Of a stretch of DNA of 64,000 nucleotides, positions 8,511 through 17,603 are shown piece by piece; positions within the stretch are counted from its first letter, which is position 1, and each line of letters opens with the position of its first letter. The notes beneath the pieces were generated by a model that had not been told where the DNA came from, did not search any database, and worked only from the letters and a program-made list of their open reading frames with translations. The stretch is from Minisyncoccota bacterium (GTDB lineage Bacteria; Patescibacteriota; Minisyncoccia; JBAYJV01), in assembly GCA_041664925.1 (NCBI GenBank), contig JBAYJV010000001.1, forward strand, positions 293,262-357,261, given 5' to 3'. The translations under genes and the position numbers were made by a program.

Positions 8511-9875
8511 TTGTTTATAATAAATACCGTGCAGAAAAATATTAAAACAGATGTTGCTATTATCGGAGCCGGCCCAGCCGGTCTTTTTGCGGCTCACGAA
8601 TTAATCTCAAGTGGACTAAAAATAACCGTTATTGATAGAGGCAAAGCCCCATCTGAAAGAGACGGCGACAGAGATATTGTTTACGGTGTTGGCGGAGCTG
8701 GTACTTTCTCCGACGGCAAACTTAATTTAATTGCTGAAAAAATTGGCGGAGATTTGACGGTTACCGGAAGAAGCAAATCTTCTATTCAACAAATCATAGA
8801 AAAAGTTGATAAAATTTTTACCTTTTTTGGCGCGCCCCTAAACTACTCTGGAGAAAATCAAGAAAAACTTTTTGAGTTAAGACAAAGAGCAATGCAACAT
8901 GGCATAGAACTTGTCGCTGCCAAACAAAGACACATAGGAACAACTCATGTTCGAAAAGTAATCGAAAATTTTTATAAATATCTCTTAGATAATGGTGTTG
9001 TCTTCTCTCTGGGAAATCATATTAAACACATTGCTAAGATAAAAAGTGGTTTTGTTTTAGAGGGAAAAAACAATATTCAAGCAAAGTACCTAATCATTGC
9101 TCCTGGCCGAGCCCAGTCTCATTGGTTGAGACCAGAAATGCAAAAACTTGACATTTCTCCTCAGTACGGACCGATTGATATTGGAGTAAGAGTAGAAATT
9201 CCCTATGAGATTTACGAACCAATCGGTAAATTAATGTATGATGCGAAACTTCGAATTGTTTCTTCTACTGATAATCTTGTGAGAACATTTTGCACCAACC
9301 CAAAAGGATTCGTTGCCCGAGAAGATCATGGTGATTTTTTTCTGGTCAACGGTCACGCAGATTCCGAAAGAAAAACTGAATTAACTAATTTCGCGCTATT
9401 GTGCAGAGAGCCACTAACTTGGCCATTATCTGACACAGCACATTACGGAAGGCTTAAGGCGATGGATTGCAATAATCTGGGCGGAGGGAAGCCTATCGCT
9501 CAGCGCCTTATTGATCTTGAAAGTGGACATCGATCAACGCCAGAAAGAATAGGAAAGCTTATGTTTGAACCGACCCTCAAAGACATTACTCCTGGAGACA
9601 TAGGGCTGGGATTGCCTTACAAAACCGTTCGCAATCTCCTTGAGGGCATTGAAAGACTAGATAAAATTATGCCAGGATTACGAAGTCCCCATACGTTGCT
9701 TTATGCTCCAGAAATTAAGTTTTATAGCGATCGTTATCCAATAGGTAAATATATGAATACAAGCATCCCGGGATTATTTATTGCTGGTGATGGATCGGGT
9801 CATTGTGAGGGTATTCCACAGTCTGCTGCCTCCGGGATTATTGCCGCTCAGGGAATTATAGCTAGTGAAAAATAG
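8511..9875 (+). CDS. FAD-dependent oxidoreductase (COG2509-type uncharacterised FAD dehydrogenase)
   Basis: Rossmann dinucleotide motif VAIIGAGPAGLFAAHEL, second GG motif near C-terminus (FIAGDGSGH). Confidence 0.6.
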   Translation: MFIINTVQKNIKTDVAIIGAGPAGLFAAHELISSGLKITVIDRGKAPSERDGDRDIVYGVGGAGTFSDGKLNLIAEKIGGDLTVTGRSKSSIQQIIEKVDKIFTFFGAPLNYSGENQEKLFELRQRAMQHGIELVAAKQRHIGTTHVRKVIENFYKYLLDNGVVFSLGNHIKHIAKIKSGFVLEGKNNIQAKYLIIAPGRAQSHWLRPEMQKLDISPQYGPIDIGVRVEIPYEIYEPIGKLMYDAKLRIVSSTDNLVRTFCTNPKGFVAREDHGDFFLVNGHADSERKTELTNFALLCREPLTWPLSDTAHYGRLKAMDCNNLGGGKPIAQRLIDLESGHRSTPERIGKLMFEPTLKDITPGDIGLGLPYKTVRNLLEGIERLDKIMPGLRSPHTLLYAPEIKFYSDRYPIGKYMNTSIPGLFIAGDGSGHCEGIPQSAASGIIAAQGIIASEK

Positions 9876-9888
9876 GATAACAAGAAAT

Positions 9889-9915
9889 CTTCCTTTTTAA
9901 GGAAGACTTTTGTTT
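9889..9915 (+). terminator. rho-independent terminator after FAD oxidoreductase
   Basis: TCTTCC-ttttta-GGAAGA hairpin + T-run. Confidence 0.5.
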
Positions 9916-9921
9916 GATTCA

Positions 9922-9950
9922 AAAAATCCCCTATCCGGGGGATTTTTTAG
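9922..9950. terminator. bidirectional terminator (AATCCCC-tatcc-GGGGATT flanked by A-run and T-run), serves rpsT on minus strand
   Basis: perfect 7-bp GC stem with A6 upstream and T6 downstream. Confidence 0.55.
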
Positions 9951-9952
9951 TT

Positions 9953-10270
9953 TTATTTTTTTTCTTTCTTTGGTTTTTCCGTTTCTTTTTTTGTTTCAAC
10001 CTTTTCTTTCGAGATTTTATTGATCGCTACTGTTAGTCGAGATTTCTTTCTTGAAGCATTGCCTTTCTTTATAATGTCCTTCTTAGCTGCCTTGTCTATC
10101 GCTTTATAAACATCGGGGAGGATTTTTTCCGCCTGGTCTTTCTTTCCATCTTTAATTAAAACTCTGAGATTTTTAACAAGATCTCTCATTTTCTTTTTAT
10201 ATTGATAATTTATTGCTCTCTTTTTTTCTGACTGACGTAATGCTTTTTTTGCTGATTGTGTTTGTGGCAT
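9953..10270 (-). CDS. rpsT: 30S ribosomal protein S20 with Lys-rich C-terminal extension
   Basis: N-terminal SAKKALRQSEKKRAIN matches S20 signature; highly basic. Confidence 0.7.
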   Translation of the reverse strand: MPQTQSAKKALRQSEKKRAINYQYKKKMRDLVKNLRVLIKDGKKDQAEKILPDVYKAIDKAAKKDIIKKGNASRKKSRLTVAINKISKEKVETKKETEKPKKEKK

Positions 10271-10323
10271 ATTAAATTTAATTTAGATTTAGTTGACTAT
10301 TAGTAACTAAGAATATCACAAAA

Positions 10324-11013
10324 TTATTTTTTTTCAAGATCTATGAGACATTTTGTCCAATTTTTGCTTGTTAGCTTGTCTATATCTAGGGCTTTTTCCA
10401 GTTTAAATTTACCTATTTTTGTCCTTGTAAGTTTTTCCAAATAAGCTCCATTGCTAAGCTTTTGGCCAATATCGTGGGCTAATGATCTAATGTATGTACC
10501 GGCAGAACATAAAATCTCCAATTGAAGAAGTGGGGCATCATAATTCAAAAGCGCTATTTTCTTTATTAATATTTCAACTGGCTCAAGGTCTATTTTTTTT
10601 CCTTCTCTTGCTAATTTATACGCCCTTCTGCCTTGAATTTTCTTTGCTGAAAAAGATGGGGGAATCTGATTAATTTTTCCAATAAAACTTTTTAAAATGA
10701 TCCTTATTTCTTTTTCAGAAGGGAGCGTCTTCTTATAAACATTCATTATACTGCCTGTTTTATCGTAGGTATCAGTTTCTGCGCCTATTTTCATAGTTGC
10801 AATATATTCTTTGTCGCTATTTAGGAATTTTCTTTGTTCTTTTGTTGCATCCCGCCCAATTAAAATAATTAGCAATCCTTCGGCAAAAGGATCTAGCGTG
10901 CCCGCGTGGCCAACTTTTTTAGCACCGGTCGTTCTTCTTACATAATTTACAATATCATGAGAACTTGGTCCTGCGGGTTTATTTATTAAAATAATCCCTG
11001 ATGTTTCAGTCAT
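10324..11013 (-). CDS. truB: tRNA pseudouridine(55) synthase TruB
   Basis: GIILINKPAGPSSHD...KKVGHAGTLDPFAEGLL (catalytic Asp in GTLDP), 8-bp overlap with uvrB. Confidence 0.85.
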   Translation of the reverse strand: MTETSGIILINKPAGPSSHDIVNYVRRTTGAKKVGHAGTLDPFAEGLLIILIGRDATKEQRKFLNSDKEYIATMKIGAETDTYDKTGSIMNVYKKTLPSEKEIRIILKSFIGKINQIPPSFSAKKIQGRRAYKLAREGKKIDLEPVEILIKKIALLNYDAPLLQLEILCSAGTYIRSLAHDIGQKLSNGAYLEKLTRTKIGKFKLEKALDIDKLTSKNWTKCLIDLEKK

Positions 11014-13108
11014 TTTTTTCTAATTCTTTGTATTTATCTCTAAATTTGGCCGCTTTTTCAAAATCGTAATTTTCGGCAGCTTGTCTCATTTCTTCTTTAA
11101 AATATTTAATTATTTCTCTTTTGTTCTTAATCTCAGGGGGTAGTGTGGTATCAATTTCCTTTTTTTTACGATTAATAATGTCTTCCCTAATCGCTTTCTT
11201 TATTTGACTAGGACTAATGTTGTGTTTTTCATTGTAATCTTGCTGAATTTTTCTTCTACGATTTGTTTCGTTAATCGCTCTCTTAATAGAACCTGTTACA
11301 ACATCAGCATAAAGAATAACTCGTCCGTCGGGATGGCGTGCCGCCCGCCCCATTGTTTGAATTAAGCTTGTCTCGTTTCTTAAAAAACCTTCTTTGTCTG
11401 CATCCAAAATGGCCACCAAAGTTACTTCCGGAAGATCTAATCCTTCTCTTAAAAGATTGATACCGACAATTATGTCTATTTTTCCTTGTCTTAAGCTTTT
11501 CAAAACGTCTGTTCTGTCAAAAGTATCAACTTCGGAGTGAAGATAACAAACCCTAAACCCATCGTTTTTTAGAAAATCTGTGATATCTTCAGCTAATCTC
11601 TTCGTGAGAGTTGTTACAAGAATTCTGCCGCCATTTTTTATTTCTTTTTTAAGCTCTTTTAGAAGATCTTGGATTTGATTGTCTTTTTTGCTGTTTTTGT
11701 AAGTGGCATACTTAGGATCTATTGGCCTGATCTCTATTTTTGGATCTAAAAGACCGGTCGGTCTAATAAGCTGTTCAATAATTCCGCCAATATTTAAATA
11801 ATCGCCAACTGTTTTCTTCCCGCTATAATTTATATGAGAATAGTTTCCATGAGTCGCTTTGATTGTTTCGTAATAACCAGGAGTAGCGGATACATAAATA
11901 GCATTAGGAATTCTTGTCTCAAATTCTTTAAAATCGAGAGGGCGATTGTCTAGGGCTGATGGCAATCTAAAACCATACTTGATTAAAACTTTTTTTCTTG
12001 CCTGATCGCCCATATACATACCGCCAATTTGAGGAATTGTCATGTGGGATTCATCTATAACTAAAAGCCAGCCATCTTTTCCGTAGGCAAAATTAAAATA
12101 ATCGACAAGAGTTGCTGGTGGCTGTCCCTTTTCCCTAAAATCAAGTTGCCTAGAATAGTTTTCAATACCATGGCAATAGCCGGTCATTTCAATCATTTCT
12201 AGGTCATGATTTGTTCGTTCTTCAATTCTTTGCGCTTCAAGAAATTTGTCTTTTTGTTTGAAGTATTTAATTCTTTCTGAAAGTTCTGCCCGAATATTCG
12301 CTACAACAAGATTTAGTTTGTCGTGGGGAGCAACGAAATGTTTGGCAGGAAACACTCTAAGGACATCTTTTTTTATGCGCTCGCTAGCGCCTAGAAGATA
12401 GCCCGAAAATTCATCGCGTTTAAACTCGTGAGGTTCAATTTCAATAGAAATAATCTTTCCTTTTTCCCATTCGATTTTATAGGTTTCGTTAGCCGAGACT
12501 GGATAGATATACAAAACGTCGCCTAAAACTTTAAACTTTCCTCTTTCTCCTGAAATCCTTGTTCTTTCATACTGAAGATCGGTAAGCGCTCGAATAACTT
12601 CTTTTTGAGAGATTGTCTCATCTTTTTTTAAGACAAGCGCCACGTCACCGTAGTTCTGAGGGGAACCAAGCCCATAAATACACGAAACTGACGCCACTAC
12701 AACTACATCTTTCCTAGTCATGATCGATTGGGTCGAAGCATGGCGCAATTTATCTATTTCGTCATTAATTTTTGCATCTTTGTCTATATAAGTATCCGTA
12801 ACAGGCATATAGGCTTCGGGTTGATAATAATCGTAATAAGAAACGAAATAATGAACCGCATTCTGGGGAAAAAATTCACGAAACTCTTGAAAAAGCTGAC
12901 CGGCTAAAGTTTTGTTATGCGAAATAATTAAAGTTGGTTTCTGGAACTTTTCAATAATATTAGCAATTGTGAAAGTTTTGCCAGATCCGGTCACGCCCAA
13001 AAGAACCTGATCGCGAAGACCAGATTTGAGATTTTTAAATAATTTCTCAATGGCTTGAGGCTGGTCGCCGGTTGGCGAATAGTCAGATTTTAGGTTAAAA
13101 ATTGACAT
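11006..13108 (-). CDS. uvrB: excinuclease ABC subunit B (UvrB)
   Basis: GVTGSGKTFT Walker A, helicase motifs, beta-hairpin region, DKEGFLR, C-terminal UVR domain; 700 aa. Confidence 0.95.
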   Translation of the reverse strand: MSIFNLKSDYSPTGDQPQAIEKLFKNLKSGLRDQVLLGVTGSGKTFTIANIIEKFQKPTLIISHNKTLAGQLFQEFREFFPQNAVHYFVSYYDYYQPEAYMPVTDTYIDKDAKINDEIDKLRHASTQSIMTRKDVVVVASVSCIYGLGSPQNYGDVALVLKKDETISQKEVIRALTDLQYERTRISGERGKFKVLGDVLYIYPVSANETYKIEWEKGKIISIEIEPHEFKRDEFSGYLLGASERIKKDVLRVFPAKHFVAPHDKLNLVVANIRAELSERIKYFKQKDKFLEAQRIEERTNHDLEMIEMTGYCHGIENYSRQLDFREKGQPPATLVDYFNFAYGKDGWLLVIDESHMTIPQIGGMYMGDQARKKVLIKYGFRLPSALDNRPLDFKEFETRIPNAIYVSATPGYYETIKATHGNYSHINYSGKKTVGDYLNIGGIIEQLIRPTGLLDPKIEIRPIDPKYATYKNSKKDNQIQDLLKELKKEIKNGGRILVTTLTKRLAEDITDFLKNDGFRVCYLHSEVDTFDRTDVLKSLRQGKIDIIVGINLLREGLDLPEVTLVAILDADKEGFLRNETSLIQTMGRAARHPDGRVILYADVVTGSIKRAINETNRRRKIQQDYNEKHNISPSQIKKAIREDIINRKKKEIDTTLPPEIKNKREIIKYFKEEMRQAAENYDFEKAAKFRDKYKELEKND

Positions 13109-13198
13109 GAAACTTAAAATATTGCTTTAAATATTGACACCTGATTTATCTTCTGATAAGATTTTCGTAGGCTTACTAGTTCCCTAAAGGAGGGGAAG

Positions 13199-13804
13199 AT
13201 GGTTAACAAAAGAGCGGAGATAAATATTCAGTGGGATAAAGGAATTGCTCCTTTGAGAAATCTACATTTCGACAGACAGCACTCCGGTCACATTGTTTAT
13301 ACTCCCGATGACCTTATTCAAGAGATTTCTATTGGTTTTCCTGTATTCCCGAATAAATGGTTTGGACAGATTATTATCAAAGGAAAGCCTTGCTTACGAG
13401 AAATTCTTGAAAAAATAGAAAAGCTTGGACAGGAATTTCATTGTTTCAGAGAGACAAGAATTGATCCTGTAGGAGACTTTAAAAGAGATGGCGACCAATC
13501 AGAATGTAGTTATGTTTATGAGATAGGAGTAGAATGCAATCCTTTTGTATATTGGAATGTGTGTGCATATATTTTTGTTCGTTATCTTTCGCCTGAATTT
13601 TGTACTATTGAAATCATCTTGGGTATCGATAGAATAACAGAAGATAATCACCCTTCTTTTATGGATACGATAAAGTTCGAAGAGTTTGACGCTAATACAA
13701 TCCGGATGATTTTAAGGGCTTTTGATCGTTGCATGAGTCAATTGCTTTCTAAAATCCACGAAGTTCATGCTGCTAGTAAACAGCAGCCATGGGATCAACT
13801 ATAG
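13199..13804 (+). CDS. hypothetical Cys-rich protein
   Basis: strong RBS AAAGGAGGGG 4 nt before ATG; no recognisable family; followed by terminator. Confidence 0.4.
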   Translation: MVNKRAEINIQWDKGIAPLRNLHFDRQHSGHIVYTPDDLIQEISIGFPVFPNKWFGQIIIKGKPCLREILEKIEKLGQEFHCFRETRIDPVGDFKRDGDQSECSYVYEIGVECNPFVYWNVCAYIFVRYLSPEFCTIEIILGIDRITEDNHPSFMDTIKFEEFDANTIRMILRAFDRCMSQLLSKIHEVHAASKQQPWDQL

Positions 13805-13805
13805 A

Positions 13806-13832
13806 GCCTCTAAAGGGAGGCTCTTTTCTTTT
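13806..13832 (+). terminator. rho-independent terminator (GAGCCTC-taaaggg-GAGGCTC + T-run)
   Basis: hairpin directly after stop codon. Confidence 0.55.
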
Positions 13833-13926
13833 AAAAGTGCTTAAATGAGATATAATGAAAATACACAGAAAATAATGATTTCTATTGTATTCTATTTATA
13901 TTCCTTTTTTATCACAGATTCAATAA

Positions 13927-14976
13927 ATGCCTACAGAATTTATTAAAGATAAAAAAATTTGGGACAAGCTTATCACAAACCAAGACTCAGGCTTTATGCA
14001 GTCTTGGGATTGGGGAGAATTTAAAGAAAAATTGGGCCATAAGATTTGGCGCATGGCCATTAAGGGAAACGGTCAATGCCAGTATGCTCAAATTATTAAA
14101 CATCGATTGCCTTTGAAAAAATCATACTTTTATATTCCCCAAAGCCCAATTTTTAACTCTCAACTTTCAACTATCAACCATCAACCAATGGAATTATTGA
14201 TTAAGGACATCTGTAAATTAGCAAAGAAAGAAAAGGCGGTATTTATAAAGTGGGAACCGCTTGCCGAATCAAGCGCCGATATTAAAAGATTGAAAAAAGC
14301 TGGATTTGTTGAATCAAAAAACATTCAACCGAAAGATACCTTAGTTTTAGATCTTTCACAAACAGAAGAAGAAATTTTCCAAAACTTCCATAGCAAACAT
14401 AGATACAATATAAAACTGGCTCAAAAAAAAGGCATTCAAATAAAAATCCTTGATTCTGATGGTGAATTTGAAGAATTTTACGGACTGGTAAAGAAAACTG
14501 ACGAAAGAAAGCATATAAAATCATTTCCCAAACAATATTACAAAGAGTTATTCGAGCTTGCTAAAAAATCTGCAAAAACCAAGACATCGCCTGATCTTGA
14601 AATTAGGTTTTTTGGAGCCTATTTTGGCAAAAACATCGCTGCTGGGCTAGTTTTGGTTGTTTGGAATGATAAGGCCATGTATCTTATTGGGGCAAACGAC
14701 TATGAGTATCGACAATGCATGGCTCCCCACCTGCTCCAGTGGGAAACCATTAAAGAGTCTCGAAAGATTGGAGCAAAAGAATATGATTTTTGGGGTATAA
14801 TTAGAAAAGAGGATTTTGAGTCAGATAAAGAATTTGAAAAACACCCGTGGGCAGGCATCACAAGGTTTAAAATAGGTTTTGGTGGGAAAACTGTACAGTT
14901 TGAAAAAACTTTTGACTATATTGTCTCGCCTTTTTGGTATAAAATCTATAAACTAGCGATAAAGCTTAAAATGTAA
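13927..14976 (+). CDS. FemAB-family peptidyltransferase (peptidoglycan interpeptide bridge formation, FemX/MurM-like)
   Basis: FMQSWDWGEFK start and overall FemAB (COG2348) pattern; adjacent to murE; contains in-frame heptamer-like array 14148..14176. Confidence 0.65.
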   Translation: MPTEFIKDKKIWDKLITNQDSGFMQSWDWGEFKEKLGHKIWRMAIKGNGQCQYAQIIKHRLPLKKSYFYIPQSPIFNSQLSTINHQPMELLIKDICKLAKKEKAVFIKWEPLAESSADIKRLKKAGFVESKNIQPKDTLVLDLSQTEEEIFQNFHSKHRYNIKLAQKKGIQIKILDSDGEFEEFYGLVKKTDERKHIKSFPKQYYKELFELAKKSAKTKTSPDLEIRFFGAYFGKNIAAGLVLVVWNDKAMYLIGANDYEYRQCMAPHLLQWETIKESRKIGAKEYDFWGIIRKEDFESDKEFEKHPWAGITRFKIGFGGKTVQFEKTFDYIVSPFWYKIYKLAIKLKM

Positions 14977-15044
14977 AGCGTAAAACGCAAAACAACAACT
15001 TAAAACTCAAAACTGTTTTGCATTTTCCTGCTTATTGTGGGCAA

Positions 15045-16403
15045 ATGCTTATCTCTTGGACTCCTATGAAATCTTTAATTCGCAGAGTTGTACCTAAGCT
15101 AATAGTCAAAATTTATCATTTTTTGATGGCTTTTTGTGTTGCTTATTTCTATGGTTTTCCTTCTAACAAAATGGTCATTGTCGGTGTTACGGGAACAGGA
15201 GGAAAGTCGACCACAGTTAAAATGATTGGTTCCATTTTAGAAGAATACGGCTCCCGTGTTGGCTGGCTCTCGTCTTTGACCCTTAAAATTCTCGATAAAG
15301 AGTGGGTAAATCCATACCACATGACTATGCTTGGAGGGTTCAAGCTGCAAAAATACTTAAGAGATATGGTCAAGGAGGGCATTCATTATGCAGTTGTTGA
15401 GGTAACTTCTGAAGGAATAAAGCAATTTAGACACATTGGGATTAATTTTGATGTTTTGGTTTTCACTAACCTAACTCGAGAACACATTGAGGCTCACGGC
15501 TCATTTGAAAATTATCGCAACGCAAAACTAACGGTCTTTAAAAAATTATCATCTAAGAAAAGAAAAAAGCTTTCATGGATGAAAGAAGTACAACCAAAAA
15601 TCATCATTGCTAATTTAGATGATGAAAATGCGAGTTATTTTATAGAAAACCAGGCCGATAAGAAATTTGGTTATTCTTTAAAAGAAATTGAAGCTCTAAG
15701 TAAAGATATTAAGCTTTTTCAGGTAGCGTCTTCAAAAGTTGATGAACATGGAGTAAGTTTTAAACTTGATAGCACCGAATTTAATGTTTCTCTTCTTGGA
15801 GAATTTAATATTTATAATGCTCTTGCTGCTGTGACTACTACCAGAGCTTTAGGTATAGATTTTATAACCGCCAAACATGCCCTTTTGAAAATAAAAACAG
15901 TTCCTGGTCGAATGGAAAAGATTGAAAACAATAAAAATATTAATGTTGTTATTGACTTGGCTCATACACCGGACTCGCTAAAGCAAGCTTATGAAACTCT
16001 TAGAAAAGCCTATTTCCTCGTACCGGGATTTAAGAATATGATTTGCGTTTTTGGTTCCGCTGGCGGAGGTAGAGATAAGTGGAAACGACCAGTTATGGGA
16101 GAAATCGCTGGCGAATATTGCGATAAAATCTTTTTAACCAATGAGGATCCGTATAGCGAAAATCCTCAGGAAATTATTAAAAGCATTGAAGATGGCGTTA
16201 AAAAAAGCAAAAAAGCTGAAAATCAGGACTATTTCAAAATCGAAGACAGGACAGAAGCAATCAGACAAGCGCTAAAATCGGCTAAAAAAGATGATTTGGT
16301 TGTTATTACTGGCAAAGGAACAGAAGCAACAATGGTTATCGGGGAAGAAAAAATTCCTTGGAATGAAAAAGAAGTCGTTAAAAAGGAACTAGATAATCTA
16401 TAG
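15045..16403 (+). CDS. murE: UDP-N-acetylmuramoyl-tripeptide ligase MurE (start uncertain; track ORF begins at TTG 15018)
   Basis: Mur ligase P-loop GVTGTGGKSTT, central and C-terminal Mur domains, C-terminal ITGKGTE...IPWNEKE typical of MurE. Confidence 0.75.
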   Translation: MLISWTPMKSLIRRVVPKLIVKIYHFLMAFCVAYFYGFPSNKMVIVGVTGTGGKSTTVKMIGSILEEYGSRVGWLSSLTLKILDKEWVNPYHMTMLGGFKLQKYLRDMVKEGIHYAVVEVTSEGIKQFRHIGINFDVLVFTNLTREHIEAHGSFENYRNAKLTVFKKLSSKKRKKLSWMKEVQPKIIIANLDDENASYFIENQADKKFGYSLKEIEALSKDIKLFQVASSKVDEHGVSFKLDSTEFNVSLLGEFNIYNALAAVTTTRALGIDFITAKHALLKIKTVPGRMEKIENNKNINVVIDLAHTPDSLKQAYETLRKAYFLVPGFKNMICVFGSAGGGRDKWKRPVMGEIAGEYCDKIFLTNEDPYSENPQEIIKSIEDGVKKSKKAENQDYFKIEDRTEAIRQALKSAKKDDLVVITGKGTEATMVIGEEKIPWNEKEVVKKELDNL

Positions 16404-16422
16404 ATTATAAATTAAAATAAAA

Positions 16423-16460
16423 AAATACTCGCCTATTTCTTTAGGCGAGTGTTTTGTTTA
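16423..16460. terminator. bidirectional rho-independent terminator (CTCGCCTA-tttctt-TAGGCGAG)
   Basis: 8-bp perfect stem, A-run upstream, T-rich downstream. Confidence 0.55.
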
Positions 16461-16736
16461 GGAGCGATTTGTACTATTTTGTATTCGCCGACCAAGCCAA
16501 TCTTTAAACTCCCATTTTCTCCAGCGATGATAGGCAATTACCACCATAGGCATGCCCGTGATAGCTATCAATATCGTTCTTACAAGATTATTTGGACAGA
16601 ACAGAAAGCCAAGAACTGTAGTGGCTACAAATACGGCTAAAAATATTATAAACACTTTTGCTATCTTTACATCTCTGGCAACTAGCTCATGCAGTCCTTT
16701 TGCTTCTGCGGGAGCAACTGTTTTTCCTTTTTTCAT
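16458..16736 (-). CDS. small membrane protein (2 TM), unknown; likely start at internal ATG with GAGGAGGG RBS
   Basis: RBS CCGAGGAGGGAAA-ATG at 16736; hydrophobic core; track ORF extends to 16760. Confidence 0.4.
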   Translation of the reverse strand: MKKGKTVAPAEAKGLHELVARDVKIAKVFIIFLAVFVATTVLGFLFCPNNLVRTILIAITGMPMVVIAYHRWRKWEFKDWLGRRIQNSTNRS

Positions 16737-16844
16737 TTTCCCTCCTCGGTTTTTGTCCAAGCTAATTTATAAAGAACTCTACAAGACAATGCTATCATGA
16801 TTAATCTTAAAAAGAAAGACGCAAGTAATATTTAGCTAATAAAA

Positions 16845-16882
16845 AAGCGGCGCGATTTCTTTCGCAGCCGCTGTTTGTTTCA
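16845..16882. terminator. bidirectional terminator (GCGGC-gcgatttctttcgca-GCCGC)
   Basis: hairpin with A-run/T-run flanks between convergent small genes. Confidence 0.45.
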
Positions 16883-17278
16883 AAACGATTTATTCTCATT
16901 AACCTTTAAATGCCCATTCTCTAAGTAAAGAGAATGATGATATCCGCAAGAACAAATCATCGAGTCTATTGGCATGTGAGTTAGCTCATATTCGTCTATT
17001 GGATGAATATATCCGCAAGAACATACTATTCCCCATTCCCAGAGTATTTGGCGATAACCAGCGTCAATGGCTGTATGTCGATTTGTCTTTGTTAAAACAA
17101 ATTCTTTTGACTGATGTACAATACCATCTTTAACAATGCTTTCTGGCAAAATACTAAGTGGGTTTTTGTGTTCTATTTGAGGTGCCTTTTCGCCAAGAAA
17201 AGCAATGCTCAAAAATAATCCCATAAGCATTACAATTAAGACAGATGGCCAGATCCAATCTTTTTTGGATGTTTTCAT
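16880..17278 (-). CDS. secreted/membrane-anchored hypothetical protein with duplicated CSCGY(I/H)H motif
   Basis: N-terminal signal anchor; two CSCGY repeats plus His residues suggest metal binding. Confidence 0.4.
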   Translation of the reverse strand: MKTSKKDWIWPSVLIVMLMGLFLSIAFLGEKAPQIEHKNPLSILPESIVKDGIVHQSKEFVLTKTNRHTAIDAGYRQILWEWGIVCSCGYIHPIDEYELTHMPIDSMICSCGYHHSLYLENGHLKVNENKSF

Positions 17279-17375
17279 TTTTTCTCCCTTTTCTTTTTAC
17301 GCCTTGTTTGTCTGCCTTGCGACAATATTGGGTGTTTTTTTACCTCCTTTTTTAAAGAACTAGGCAAATAAAAAA

Positions 17376-17402
17376 ACTAGCCCCTTGATTTGGGGCTAGT
17401 TA
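17376..17402 (-). terminator. terminator downstream of tyrS (CTAGCCCC-ttgattt-GGGGCTAG)
   Basis: perfect 8-bp stem with flanking A/T runs. Confidence 0.5.
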
Positions 17403-17603
17403 TGTTTATTAGAATTAATTACTGCTATATTTTACCAAACACAAACTTCCCAGACCAAGGTCGGCTAATTAATAAGTAGTAATAGGCAAAAATGCTTTTT
17501 AAATTGTCTAGAAAGTTATTCATTACGATTTATATTATTACCAAAGAGGCGCTTTGTCAAACTTAATTTGTTTTTATTCGTCAACAATTCGCGGTTATTA
17601 GCA

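Noticed and set aside
14282-14524. Antisense/short ORFs in the track (e.g. 14282..14524, 574..807, 963..1437, 5127..5345, 15149..15382, 37264..37657, 39641..40784, 45712..45978, 49608..50314, 51314..52103, 52566..52853, 54153..54437, 55670..55975, 56436..58287, 60560..61290, 62545..63667 plus-strand set, 29796..30804 minus-strand set, 33756..34215, 35689..35871, 42249..42451, 44456..44671, 46716..47930 plus-strand, 21132..21371, 23585..23839, 7308..7565, 5863..6066, 16449..16800 plus-strand, 31182..31606)
   Set aside because: All lie entirely inside, antisense to or out of frame with well-supported longer genes, show low-complexity composition typical of AT-rich antisense frames, and lack RBS.
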